Source of the DNA: Capsulimonadaceae bacterium
GTDB taxonomy: Bacteria; Armatimonadota; Armatimonadia; Armatimonadales; Capsulimonadaceae
DNA: 64,000 bases
Reading direction: 5' to 3'
Assembly: GCA_965215505.1 (NCBI GenBank)
Contig: OZ244065.1
Location: 2,528,001-2,592,000 of the forward strand
In this document: piece by piece, positions 1 to 8,434 of the stretch
Layout: each line of letters begins with the position of its first letter
Position numbering within the stretch: the first letter of the stretch is position 1
Notes under the pieces: model-generated
Database searches by the model: none
Told to the model about the DNA's origin: nothing
Seen by the model: only the letters and a program-made list of their open reading frames with translations
Translations under genes and position numbers: made by a program

Positions 1-458
1 CTGAGGTCGAACACGCCCAGGCCCCGCTGGGCGTCGGTGCGCTGGGCGAGGTAGTAGGGCAACGAGGCGACCACCTCCACGTCGTGGCCGCGCAGGAACC
101 GGGCGGTGTCCTCCTGCCCCGGCTCGAACAGGACGGTCAGGTTGCACCGGTCAATGACGTGCCTTCCTAATGCTCTGGCCTCGGCCACCAAGTACCGGAA
201 ACTCGGGTTGAGTTCCGGGGCACCGCCCGTAATGTCCAGCGTCCTGATGTCCGGGTTGCGGCGCAGGGCGTCAAGGACCTGAGCGGCCGTCTCGGCCGTC
301 ATGCTCTCGGTGCGGTTCGGCCCCGCCTCGACGTGGCAGTGCTTGCAGGCCTGGTTGCACCGCTTGCCGACGTTGACTTGCAGCGTCTCGATATTCGTGG
401 CGGCCAATGGCCACAGGCCCGCGCCGGTGAGTTTGTCTTGAAAGGTGATGCCGGTCAT
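1..458 (-). CDS. arsS: Arsenosugar biosynthesis radical SAM protein (5' part; runs off the window's left edge)
   Basis: My translation: MTGITFQDKL...LQVNVGKRCNQACKHCHVEAGP...LDITGGAPELN...VIDRCNLT...VVASLPYY. CxxxCxxC motif; SD AAGGAGG before the ATG. Absent from the ORF track because it has no stop in the window. Confidence 0.85.
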   Translation of the reverse strand, partial: MTGITFQDKLTGAGLWPLAATNIETLQVNVGKRCNQACKHCHVEAGPNRTESMTAETAAQVLDALRRNPDIRTLDITGGAPELNPSFRYLVAEARALGRHVIDRCNLTVLFEPGQEDTARFLRGHDVEVVASLPYYLAQRTDAQRGLGVFDL

Positions 459-533
459 GCCTCCTTTAACGGAACAAGGCGGCGGATTGTTCCGCCGCGA
501 ACCCTTTTCGGCACACCCCGCGTTACAAACGAT

Positions 534-1169
534 ATGAGAAGACGTGCATTCACGCTCACCGAACTCCTAACCGTCGTCGGCATCCTCGCCCTCCTCGCCG
601 CCCTTCTGCTGCCGGTCCTCGGCACGGTGCGCGAGAACGGGCGGCGCACGGCCTGCCAGAGCAACCTGCGCCAGATCGGGCTGGCGATGCAGCAGTACCT
701 CCAGGACAACGACCACCGATATTTGCCCGCAAACATTGGGTTCCCGCACCCGCACCCGCTCCTGGCTTATGTCGGCGACAGCGCCGTGTTCCTCTGCCCG
801 ACCGTCAGCGAGGCGCAGCAGGAGCGGTTAGGGCAGGAAGGCGGAGTCTCACTGGACTACCAGTACGACGAGTTCCGCCTCCTCACCCGCTCCGCGCCCT
901 ATGACCCCTGGTACGCGATCTCCGATTCGGCGGTCGCCCATCCGGCGGCCTTGTGGCTCTACAAGGACAGCACGCAGACGCTGACCCTCTGGCGCAAACT
1001 GCTCGCACCCTGCGGGCACCCAGTCATTGGCAGCACCCTACACTCGGGCGGCGGCAACTATCTGTTCGCGGACGGCCATGTGCGCTGGCTGACGCCGGAA
1101 GGCTTCGCCACTGTTGCCTGCATCAACGGACCGCTCCCGCCCCCATTCACCGATAACAATGGCGAGTAG
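534..1169 (+). CDS. DUF1559 family prepilin-type N-terminal cleavage/methylation protein with H-X9-DG C-terminal motif
   Basis: MRRRAFTLTELLTVVGILALLAALLLPVL...CQSNLRQIG...HSGGGNYLFADGHV. Start moved to ATG 534 because the longer ORF overlaps arsS. Confidence 0.9.
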   Translation: MRRRAFTLTELLTVVGILALLAALLLPVLGTVRENGRRTACQSNLRQIGLAMQQYLQDNDHRYLPANIGFPHPHPLLAYVGDSAVFLCPTVSEAQQERLGQEGGVSLDYQYDEFRLLTRSAPYDPWYAISDSAVAHPAALWLYKDSTQTLTLWRKLLAPCGHPVIGSTLHSGGGNYLFADGHVRWLTPEGFATVACINGPLPPPFTDNNGE

Positions 1170-1186
1170 GTGAATGACACAGCAAA

Positions 1187-1215
1187 GGGGCAGGCGGCTG
1201 ATGCCGCCCGCCCCT
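1187..1215. terminator. Hairpin between convergent genes
   Basis: GGGGCAGGCGGC-TGAT-GCCGCCCGCCCC inverted repeat. Confidence 0.55.
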
Positions 1216-1276
1216 CTGGGCCGCTCCGTGTATGAAGGATGATTGGAGCGGCACGGCCTCGTCTCAGACGCCCGAA

Positions 1277-1861
1277 CTAGCCGGGCAACAAGACGGTGTC
1301 CACGACATGGATGACGCCGTTGGACTGCATGACGTTGGGGATGGTCACATGGGACACGTCGCCCTTGGCGTCCTTGATGTTGAGGCCGCTGCCCGCCTTC
1401 ATGAAAGTGAGCGTGCCGCCCTCAACAGTCTTCAGGGTGGCCTTGCCGTGGCCCTTCTTCACCAGGCCGAGCAGGTCGGCGGCCGTGTAGCGGCCCGCGA
1501 CGACGTGGTAGGTGAGGACTTTGGCGAGCGTCGCCTTGTTCTCCGGCTTCAGCAGCGTCGGCACCGTGCCCGCGGGCAGTTTGGTGAACGCCTCATTGGT
1601 TGGGGCGAATACGGTGAACGGCCCCGCGCCTTCCAGGGTGTCCACCAGGCCCGCCGCCTTCACTGCGGCCACCAGCGTCGTGTGGTCCTTGGAGTTGACG
1701 GCGTTCTGGATGATGTTCTTCGTGGGGTACATCGCCGCACCGCCCACCATCTTCGTGCCGCCCATCTTCATCCCGCTCATCTGGGCCGTCGCCGGCATGG
1801 AGAGCGCGCCCAGGCTGACCAAAAGGGCTGCGCCCAGGCCGAGCGTCGTTCTGGTGTTCAT
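1277..1861 (-). CDS. Secreted fasciclin (FAS1) domain protein
   Basis: Signal peptide; [47 protein letters not shown]. Confidence 0.95.
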   Translation of the reverse strand: MNTRTTLGLGAALLVSLGALSMPATAQMSGMKMGGTKMVGGAAMYPTKNIIQNAVNSKDHTTLVAAVKAAGLVDTLEGAGPFTVFAPTNEAFTKLPAGTVPTLLKPENKATLAKVLTYHVVAGRYTAADLLGLVKKGHGKATLKTVEGGTLTFMKAGSGLNIKDAKGDVSHVTIPNVMQSNGVIHVVDTVLLPG

Positions 1862-2078
1862 TCTGTTCTTCTCTTTTCTAGATCGTTCGGAAACCGCCGC
1901 GCAGTGAGGATTCTCAAAGGCCGCAGGCTACTGTTATGTTATACACCAGACCGGGGGCAGGATAACGGGGTGGATTAACTGGGGGTTACAGCAACAATTA
2001 ACAGAAGATTACAAGAACGGCGGCGGAAGATGCACAGCAAGGGAGTATATCGTTAGACAAGTGGGTATCAGTAGCATG

Positions 2079-2104
2079 GGAACGCTTTTTCACGTCCCAT
2101 CGTC
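2079..2104 (+). promoter_or_regulatory. Possible ECF sigma factor promoter for the second fasciclin gene
   Basis: GGAAC-N17-CGTC, 27 nt upstream of the ATG. Confidence 0.45.
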
Positions 2105-2130
2105 GTCTTTTTAGAAAAGAGAACACCTCG

Positions 2131-2646
2131 ATGCTACACCCCACCCGCAAGGCGGCCCTCCCCGTCGCTGCCCTGCTGGCCGCCTCCGCGCTGACTTTCG
2201 CGGCACCCGCCCCGGTACGCGCGGCGGACATCGTTCAGACGGCCACGAAGGCCGGACAGTTCAAGACCCTGGTCGCCGCCCTGAAGGCCGCCGGCCTGGT
2301 CGCGACCCTGAAGGGGGCTGGCCCGTTCACGGTCTTCGCCCCCACCGATGCCGCCTTCGCCAAGCTGCCCCCCGGCACCGTGGCGACCCTGCTGAAGCCG
2401 GCGAACAAGAAGACGCTGATCAAAATCCTCACCTACCACGTCATCGCCGGGGCGGCCGTGAGTGCCAAGCAGGCGATGGCGATGACGGATCCGACCTCCC
2501 CGCCCACCGTGGAAGGCGCGACCTTGCAGATCAAGACGGTCAACGGCAAGGTCATGGTCAACAACGCCACCGTCGTCAAGGCGGACGTCAAGGCCAGCAA
2601 CGGCGTCATCCACGTCATCAACACGGTCCTGATGCCGCCGAAGTAG
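2131..2646 (+). CDS. Secreted fasciclin (FAS1) domain protein
   Basis: Signal peptide ending [41 protein letters not shown]. Confidence 0.95.
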   Translation: MLHPTRKAALPVAALLAASALTFAAPAPVRAADIVQTATKAGQFKTLVAALKAAGLVATLKGAGPFTVFAPTDAAFAKLPPGTVATLLKPANKKTLIKILTYHVIAGAAVSAKQAMAMTDPTSPPTVEGATLQIKTVNGKVMVNNATVVKADVKASNGVIHVINTVLMPPK

Positions 2647-2675
2647 CACGGTCCCCGCGCATCCTAAGCGCCGGA

Positions 2676-2718
2676 CGGAAGAGCCGCCGGGGTCGTGTGA
2701 CCCCGGCGGCTCTTCCGC
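2676..2718. terminator. Long perfect hairpin after the fasciclin gene
   Basis: CGGAAGAGCCGCCGGGGTC-GTGT-GACCCCGGCGGCTCTTCCG. Confidence 0.65.
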
Positions 2719-2738
2719 GTTGGCAGAGGCAGGCAAAC

Positions 2739-2768
2739 AAAAAAGCCACCCGCGAGGGGTGGCTTTTT
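2739..2768. terminator. Bidirectional intrinsic terminator (tRNA and fasciclin transcripts)
   Basis: AAAAAAGCCACCC-GCGA-GGGTGGCTTTTT. Confidence 0.85.
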
Positions 2769-2782
2769 GCTTCTCTGGACAG

Positions 2783-2855
2783 TGCGCCCGGCGGGGCTCG
2801 AACCTGCGGCCTCTTAGTCCGCAACCAAGTGCTCTATCCACTGAGCTACGAGCGC
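2783..2855 (-). tRNA. tRNA-Arg, anticodon GCG (CCA not encoded)
   Basis: GCGCTCGTAGCTCAGTGGATAGAGCA-CTTGG-TTGCGGA-CTAAG-AGGCCGCAGGTTCGAGCCCCGCCGGGCGCA. 7-bp acceptor stem, D and T arms present, 7-nt anticodon loop UU-GCG-GA. Confidence 0.93.
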
Positions 2856-2859
2856 GTAC

Positions 2860-3273
2860 TTACCAGAAGTGGTCTTCAGCCATCAAACAGCCTTTGGTCT
2901 GGCTGTTTTTGGTTGGCTGATAGCGTATCGTAATTGCCGTCTTACGATGAAAGTGTTCTGACTCAAGCCAAACGATCTTGTCTATCTTCGGCAGGTAGAC
3001 CAGGAGGACGTCCACTTCCTGGGCCGTATAGAACTGGCTGCCGGCTTTGTTGCCGCGTGTGATCTTTCTCAGATTGAGGAAGACGACGCCTGATGCCTGA
3101 GAGCATTTGGCATCCGCGTACTTCACCTGCGCCCGGACAAGGCGCTCGCCGCAGTCCACAACAAGGTCGTAGCGGCAGTTTGCCATCGTCGGCTCGCTGA
3201 GGCTGATGTTCCGCTCCAGCGCAAGTTGCTTTACTTTGAGCATGGCGTATTCGCCCTTGCCGTTCGTGTCCAT
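2860..3273 (-). CDS. Group I intron-associated-type PD-(D/E)XK endonuclease (PDDEXK_5 / I-Ssp6803I-like), free-standing
   Basis: MDTNGKGEYA...RYDLVVD...RAQVKY...FYTAQEVD; 137 aa; SD GGAGG; visibly more AT-rich than its neighbours. Confidence 0.8.
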   Translation of the reverse strand: MDTNGKGEYAMLKVKQLALERNISLSEPTMANCRYDLVVDCGERLVRAQVKYADAKCSQASGVVFLNLRKITRGNKAGSQFYTAQEVDVLLVYLPKIDKIVWLESEHFHRKTAITIRYQPTKNSQTKGCLMAEDHFW

Positions 3274-3317
3274 CCTTAGAACCTCCCAGCCTTATGACTT
3301 CCGAGGCGACGAGGAAC

Positions 3318-3346
3318 ATTATACCGAACCAAACGGGTCCTGTCAA
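3318..3346 (-). promoter_or_regulatory. Consensus sigma70 promoter driving the endonuclease and tRNA-Arg
   Basis: TTGACA-N17-TATAAT, a perfect consensus match. Confidence 0.9.
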
Positions 3347-3399
3347 GTGGCGGGGCGCGAAAATAATCGCGGAGAGGCATCGAATCGGAAGTGAACCCG

Positions 3400-3428
3400 T
3401 TGACATCAACTGCGTCCAATGCCATAAT
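3400..3428 (+). promoter_or_regulatory. Sigma70 promoter of the iron-uptake operon
   Basis: TTGACA-N17-CATAAT. Confidence 0.75.
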
Positions 3429-3490
3429 AGGGTTAGCAAGTCTCCGACTAGATTGGTCGGAGATAGGCACAGTTAGAGAAGGTCGCTCCA

Positions 3491-4471
3491 ATGGCAGTCA
3501 GCATACAGCACAACAGCGTACAGACACGGTTCCGATACGCCCGGCCGGTCCTCATCGGCCTGGCCGCCCTGCTGGTCGTCGGGGTCCTGGCCTGGCAGGC
3601 GTTCACGGCGGGCATGACGCCCGATCCAACGGTCAAGGGCCTGAGTCCTGCCGCCATGATCGTCAGTACCGGCATCCTGGTCTTCCGGGAGGGGCTGGAG
3701 GCGATCCTCGTCCTGGCCGCAGTGACGGCGGGCATGGCACGGGGCGCACAGAGCGCCGCACTGCGAGCCGTCCCGGTGGGCGGGACGGCGGCGTTCCTCG
3801 CGACGGTCGCCACCTGGTTTGCGGTCGTGGCGGTCATCGCCCATGTCAACGCGCCGGAGTACGCCGTGCAGGCGGCGACCGGGCTGTTGGCGATCGCGGT
3901 GCTGCTGGTCGTTATGAACTGGTTCTTCCACAAGTTCTACTGGACCGGATGGATCGCTAATCACAGCAACCGGCGCAAGCAGATCATGGACTCGGCGGCC
4001 TCGGGCACGGCGGGGACATTTTGGGGTCTGGCCCTGTTGGGCTTCACGGCGATCTATCGGGAGGGATTCGAGGTCGTCCTGTTCCTGCAAGACCTGCGGC
4101 TTCGGGCCGGGAACGTCATTGTCGCCGAGGGCATGGCGGTCGGGCTTGTGCTGACCTTGATAGTCGCCGTGCTGACCTTCATCGCCCATAAGAAGCTGCC
4201 GTACAAGAAGATGCTCGTCGTGACGGGCGTCCTGCTGGGTATCGTCCTGCTCATCATGGTCGGGGAGAGCGTCCAGGAGATGCAGCAGGCCGGGTGGATC
4301 GCGACCACGGGCATCGGTTTCACGCTGCCGGGCTGGCTAGGGCTGTGGTTTTCGGTCTTCCCGAATGTGCAGAGTCTGGCGGCGCAGGCCCTGGCGGCGG
4401 CCATCGTGGTCGGCTCCTATCTCTCCGTGCCGTATGTCCGCGCCCGTGGCCGAAGCATGGCAGCGGCGTGA
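3491..4471 (+). CDS. FTR1/EfeU family iron permease
   Basis: Two RExxE motifs (FREGLEA, YREGFEV); multiple TM helices. Confidence 0.92.
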   Translation: MAVSIQHNSVQTRFRYARPVLIGLAALLVVGVLAWQAFTAGMTPDPTVKGLSPAAMIVSTGILVFREGLEAILVLAAVTAGMARGAQSAALRAVPVGGTAAFLATVATWFAVVAVIAHVNAPEYAVQAATGLLAIAVLLVVMNWFFHKFYWTGWIANHSNRRKQIMDSAASGTAGTFWGLALLGFTAIYREGFEVVLFLQDLRLRAGNVIVAEGMAVGLVLTLIVAVLTFIAHKKLPYKKMLVVTGVLLGIVLLIMVGESVQEMQQAGWIATTGIGFTLPGWLGLWFSVFPNVQSLAAQALAAAIVVGSYLSVPYVRARGRSMAAA

Positions 4472-5094
4472 CGCTCGCGGTGGGATTGCGGGCTGGGCTG
4501 AGGCTTGAAGCGGTTTCAATCGCCTGGATGGTGGTTGAGGCTTCTATATCGGTCGGGGCCGGCGTAGCCGCCGGGAGCCTGCTCCTAGCGGCGTTCGGCG
4601 TGGACAGCGTGATCGAGGTGATCTCGGCATCCCTGCTGTTCTGGCGTTTGCGCCGGGAGGCGGCGGGGCTGCTTCCTGGCGAAGAAGCCGTGGGGGCTAT
4701 GGAGCGGAGGGTTTCACGCGCCTCCGGGCTTCTGCTGTACGCCCTGAGCCTGTGTGTGACGATCATGGCTGTTTATGGCCTGACGCACCGGCATCGAGCA
4801 GGAACGTCTTGGCTAGGCATCGGTGTTGCTCTGATAGCCGGGTTCGGGATGCCCGTGCTGGCGAAGGCGAAAATCCGTGTCGCGGACGCTATCGGCAGCC
4901 GCGCCTTGCGGGCGGACGCGGTGGAGACGTTCACCTGCGGTTACCTGTCCTGGGCTTTGCTCGCGGGGCTTGCGGCGAATGCGGCCCTTCACTGGTGGTG
5001 GCTGGATGGTGCCGCCGCCCTGGCGATCGTCCCTCTCCTTGCCAAAGAAGGAAGAGAGGCCATGACCGGCGAATGTGGCTGTCACGGCGAATGA
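4468..5094 (+). CDS. Cation transporter (CDF-like membrane domain only)
   Basis: GTG start overlapping the FTR1 stop (GTGA); FGVDSVIE, ALRADAVET, WWWLDGAAAL; C-terminal CGCH. Confidence 0.8.
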   Translation: MTLAVGLRAGLRLEAVSIAWMVVEASISVGAGVAAGSLLLAAFGVDSVIEVISASLLFWRLRREAAGLLPGEEAVGAMERRVSRASGLLLYALSLCVTIMAVYGLTHRHRAGTSWLGIGVALIAGFGMPVLAKAKIRVADAIGSRALRADAVETFTCGYLSWALLAGLAANAALHWWWLDGAAALAIVPLLAKEGREAMTGECGCHGE

Positions 5095-5109
5095 ATTGAC
5101 TGCACGACT

Positions 5110-5517
5110 ATGACAAAGCCTGATGAACAATTGAAGCGCACACCATCGCTGTTGTGCCGCTGGTACGCCTCGCAGAAGGCGTCGCGGCTGGCGGCCGAGG
5201 TCTCGGAGTTCCGCACCGACGAAACCGGCCACACCGAGATGCCCCTGAGCCGGATGCGGCCCGGCGAGTTCGGCCACGTCCGCGGCCTGCTGCCCGGCTG
5301 CGAAGTGCGCGACCACCTGCTGGAACTGGGCTTCACTCTCGGTACGGAGATCACGGTCCTCCGGGTCGCCCCGCTCGGGGACCCCCTGACGGTGCGGATT
5401 CGCGGCTACCAGCTCTCCCTGCGCCGCCGTGAGGCCGAGGCGATCACGATGCGGCGCTGCCCGCCCGACTTCGACCTGTACGCGGACGATCCGGCGCTGG
5501 ATCAGGACGGTGTTTAA
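5110..5517 (+). CDS. feoA: Ferrous iron transport protein A
   Basis: LLELGFTLGTEI...APLGDPLTVRIRGYQLSLRRREA; true start may be downstream (MPLSRM). Confidence 0.92.
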   Translation: MTKPDEQLKRTPSLLCRWYASQKASRLAAEVSEFRTDETGHTEMPLSRMRPGEFGHVRGLLPGCEVRDHLLELGFTLGTEITVLRVAPLGDPLTVRIRGYQLSLRRREAEAITMRRCPPDFDLYADDPALDQDGV

Positions 5518-7649
5518 TGGCGGCCACTCCCGCCCCGTCGCCCGGCAAGGCGGCGGGCGCGACTCGACTCCCCCTCTACGCCCTCGTCGGCAACCCCAAC
5601 TGCGGCAAGACCACGGTCTTTAACGCCCTCACGGGTCTGCGCCAGAAGGTGGGCAACTACCCCGGCGTCACGGTGGAGAAGAAGGAAGGCCGCCTGCGCC
5701 TGCCCGGCGGCGACGCCTCGCTGATTGACCTGCCCGGCCTGTATTCGCTCACCCCGCGTTCCCCCGATGAGGCCATCGCCCGTGACGTTCTGCTCGGGCA
5801 CCGGTCGGACGTACCGCAGCCGGACGGCATCGTCCACGTCGTGGACGCCGCCAACCTAGAGCGCAACCTTTACCTCACCTCGCAGATATTAGATTTAGGT
5901 CTGCCCACCGTCATCGTCCTGACCATGACCGATGTGGCCGCGAAGAACGGCCATGCGGTGGACATCGCCGCTCTGGAAAAGACGCTGGGCGTCCCGGTGC
6001 GGCCCGTGCAGGTTTCTAAGAACGCGGGCATGGACGCACTGCGCGACGCGATCTCGGTCCTGCTTGGAACGCCCCCCCCGCCGCCGCGCGGCTGGGTGCT
6101 GCCGACCGACGCCGAGGTGGAGGTCGCCGAGCTGTCTCGGATGCTCCAGGACCAGCACGGTACGCCCGAGCGTCAGAGCGTGACCGAGGCCGTCGGCCTG
6201 CTGATGGCGGAGGGCCTGCGTCCCGAGGAAGAAGGCCGCTGGTCGGCCTCCGTCATGCGGCACGTCCAGAAGGACAAGAACAACCTGGCCGCATTGGGCA
6301 TCGACTTCCCCAGCGCGGTCGTCGAGTCCCGGTACGCCTGGGCGGGGCGTGTCGGGGCTAAAGTCGTCTCCAAGCCGCGCCGGGCGGCCCCCACCCTGAC
6401 GGACGCTTTGGACCGGGTCCTGATGCACCCGTTCTGGGGGTACGTCATCTTTTTCGGCGTGATGGCCTTCGTCTTCCAGACCATCTTCACCTGGGCGCAG
6501 GTCCCGATGAACTGGATCGGGTCGGGCGTCAGCCTCTTACAGACGTTCATCACCGCCCACATGCCCCCTGGCGACTTGCAGGACCTCCTGGTCAACGGCA
6601 TCATCGCGGGCGTCGGCACGACGGTCACGTTCCTGCCCCAGATATTGCTGCTGTTCTTCGCCATCGCCCTGCTGGAGGACACCGGCTACATGGCGCGGGC
6701 GGCCTTCCTGATGGACAAGATCATGTCCAAGGTGGGCCTGCACGGCAAGTCTTTTATCCCCCTGCTGTCGTCCTTCGCCTGCGCCATTCCGGGCATCATG
6801 GCGACGCGGACGATCGACGACCGCAAATCCCGGCTCGTCACCATCCTGGTCGCCCCGCTGATGTCCTGCTCGGCGCGCATCCCGGTCTACACCCTGATGA
6901 TCGCCGCCTTCATCCCGAACCGGCGCGTGCTGGGCGTCTTCACCCTGCCCGGCCTGACCATGATGGCGATGTACTTCCTGGGGATGGCGGCGGCCTTCGG
7001 CATGGCCTGGTTGTTCAAGAAGACACTGCTCCGGGGTGCCCCGCCCGTCTTCTTCCTGGAAATGCCCCCCTACCACAAGCCGTCCGCCCGGACCGTGCTG
7101 ATGACCATGCTCGAGCGGGCCTGGCTGTTCCTGCGCCGGGCGGGGACGGTGATCCTCTCGGTCAGCATCGTGCTGTGGTTCCTCTCGACCTACCCGAAGT
7201 CCCCAGCCGGGACGCCGCCCGCGCAGAGTCTCGCCTCCTCCTATGCCGGCACGGCGGGCCACGTCATCGAGCCGGTCATCCGGCCCCTGGGCTTCGACTG
7301 GCGCATCGGGGTCAGCCTGGTCTCGTCGTTCGTCGCCCGCGAGGTCTTCGTGTCTTCCATGGGGACGATCTACAGCGTCGGCGACAAGAACAGCACGACC
7401 GAGGAGGTGTCCAGCACCCTGAAGGACAAGCTGCGGGCCGACCCGCTGTTCTCGCCCCTGCTGGCCGTCTGCGTGATGATCTACTACGTCCTCGCCATGC
7501 AGTGCCTGTCTACGGTCGCCGTGGTCAAGCGCGAGACGAACGGCTGGACGTGGCCGCTGTTCATGACGGGCTACATGACCGCCCTGGCCTGGCTGGCGAC
7601 CTTCGCCGTGTACCACATCGGGCTGGCCCTCGGCTGGGGCACGCGATAG
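5517..7649 (+). CDS. feoB: Ferrous iron transport protein B
   Basis: GNPNCGKT, VGNYPGVTVE, DLPGLYSL, LLEDTGYMARAAF, MSCSAR gate motifs. Confidence 0.97.
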   Translation: MAATPAPSPGKAAGATRLPLYALVGNPNCGKTTVFNALTGLRQKVGNYPGVTVEKKEGRLRLPGGDASLIDLPGLYSLTPRSPDEAIARDVLLGHRSDVPQPDGIVHVVDAANLERNLYLTSQILDLGLPTVIVLTMTDVAAKNGHAVDIAALEKTLGVPVRPVQVSKNAGMDALRDAISVLLGTPPPPPRGWVLPTDAEVEVAELSRMLQDQHGTPERQSVTEAVGLLMAEGLRPEEEGRWSASVMRHVQKDKNNLAALGIDFPSAVVESRYAWAGRVGAKVVSKPRRAAPTLTDALDRVLMHPFWGYVIFFGVMAFVFQTIFTWAQVPMNWIGSGVSLLQTFITAHMPPGDLQDLLVNGIIAGVGTTVTFLPQILLLFFAIALLEDTGYMARAAFLMDKIMSKVGLHGKSFIPLLSSFACAIPGIMATRTIDDRKSRLVTILVAPLMSCSARIPVYTLMIAAFIPNRRVLGVFTLPGLTMMAMYFLGMAAAFGMAWLFKKTLLRGAPPVFFLEMPPYHKPSARTVLMTMLERAWLFLRRAGTVILSVSIVLWFLSTYPKSPAGTPPAQSLASSYAGTAGHVIEPVIRPLGFDWRIGVSLVSSFVAREVFVSSMGTIYSVGDKNSTTEEVSSTLKDKLRADPLFSPLLAVCVMIYYVLAMQCLSTVAVVKRETNGWTWPLFMTGYMTALAWLATFAVYHIGLALGWGTR

Positions 7650-7658
7650 GAGGAACGG

Positions 7659-8267
7659 ATGAGTACAGCAGTCTTAGAGGCACCGCGTTCGGTCACGGCT
7701 TCTTCAGCAGAAGACGTGGTGATCCCGCGCAAGAAGTGGACGCGGGATGAATGCCGCCGCCTCGTCGAAATGGGCCTGCTCGCGGCAGGGAAGTTCGAGC
7801 TGATCCACGGAGACATTATCCTCAAAATGACACAGCATGAGCGGCACATTTACGTCTGCAAGCAGGTCCAAAAAGCTCTGGAAGCCATCTTCGGCGTTGA
7901 CTATGTACGCCTCGCAAACCCGATCGCGATCGGCAGGCACGAGGAACCGGAGCCGGACGCGGCTGCGATGCACCGTCCTTTTGTAGACTACCTGCGTATG
8001 GGGACGCCTCTCCCGGCGGAAGTACGGCTGGCCGTGGAAGTCTCAGACAGTACGCTGCTCTGGGACTTGAACACAAAGAACGGGCAATATGGGAATGCAG
8101 GCATTCCTGAGTATTGGGTGGTGGACATCCCGAACCGGCTGCTGCACGTCTTCCGCGAGCCGACTGCTGACGGCTACGCTTCCGAGACGATCCTCACGCC
8201 CGAAGACGAAGTCCGCCCGCTCGCCGCCCCCGACTCCCCCGTCCGCGTCGCCGACCTGCTCCCCTGA
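7659..8267 (+). CDS. Uma2/DUF820 family endonuclease
   Basis: ELIHG, EPEPD, LAVEVSDSTL, YGNAGIPEYWVVD. Confidence 0.92.
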   Translation: MSTAVLEAPRSVTASSAEDVVIPRKKWTRDECRRLVEMGLLAAGKFELIHGDIILKMTQHERHIYVCKQVQKALEAIFGVDYVRLANPIAIGRHEEPEPDAAAMHRPFVDYLRMGTPLPAEVRLAVEVSDSTLLWDLNTKNGQYGNAGIPEYWVVDIPNRLLHVFREPTADGYASETILTPEDEVRPLAAPDSPVRVADLLP

Positions 8268-8307
8268 GGTATCCGCTTCACCGCTGGAAATAGAGGAGGG
8301 GGCAGAC

Positions 8308-8347
8308 AAAAAAAGCCGCCGCAGCAATCCCAAAGCGCTGCGGCGGC
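8308..8347 (-). terminator. Intrinsic terminator on the minus strand
   Basis: 11-bp stem GCCGCCGCAGC/GCTGCGGCGGC followed by U7 on the minus strand. Confidence 0.8.
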
Positions 8348-8434
8348 CGTCCTCACGAACTCTTACGAACTCGGAGAGACAAAGATAAGGAGATCACATC
8401 TGGTCTGACGACGCCGCCCGACCAAATGTTCCCT

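Noticed and set aside
2697-2933. Small ORFs across the tRNA and terminators
   Set aside because: They overlap the tRNA and hairpins and show no coding features.
2783-3300. Group I intron or integrated prophage/island at the tRNA
   Set aside because: The tRNA is uninterrupted; no intron core, integrase or duplicated tRNA 3' end (att site) is visible.
3428-3446. DtxR/IdeR operator upstream of FTR1 (TAGGGTTAGC)
   Set aside because: Only a half-site matches TTAGGTTAGCCTAACCTAA; too weak to call.
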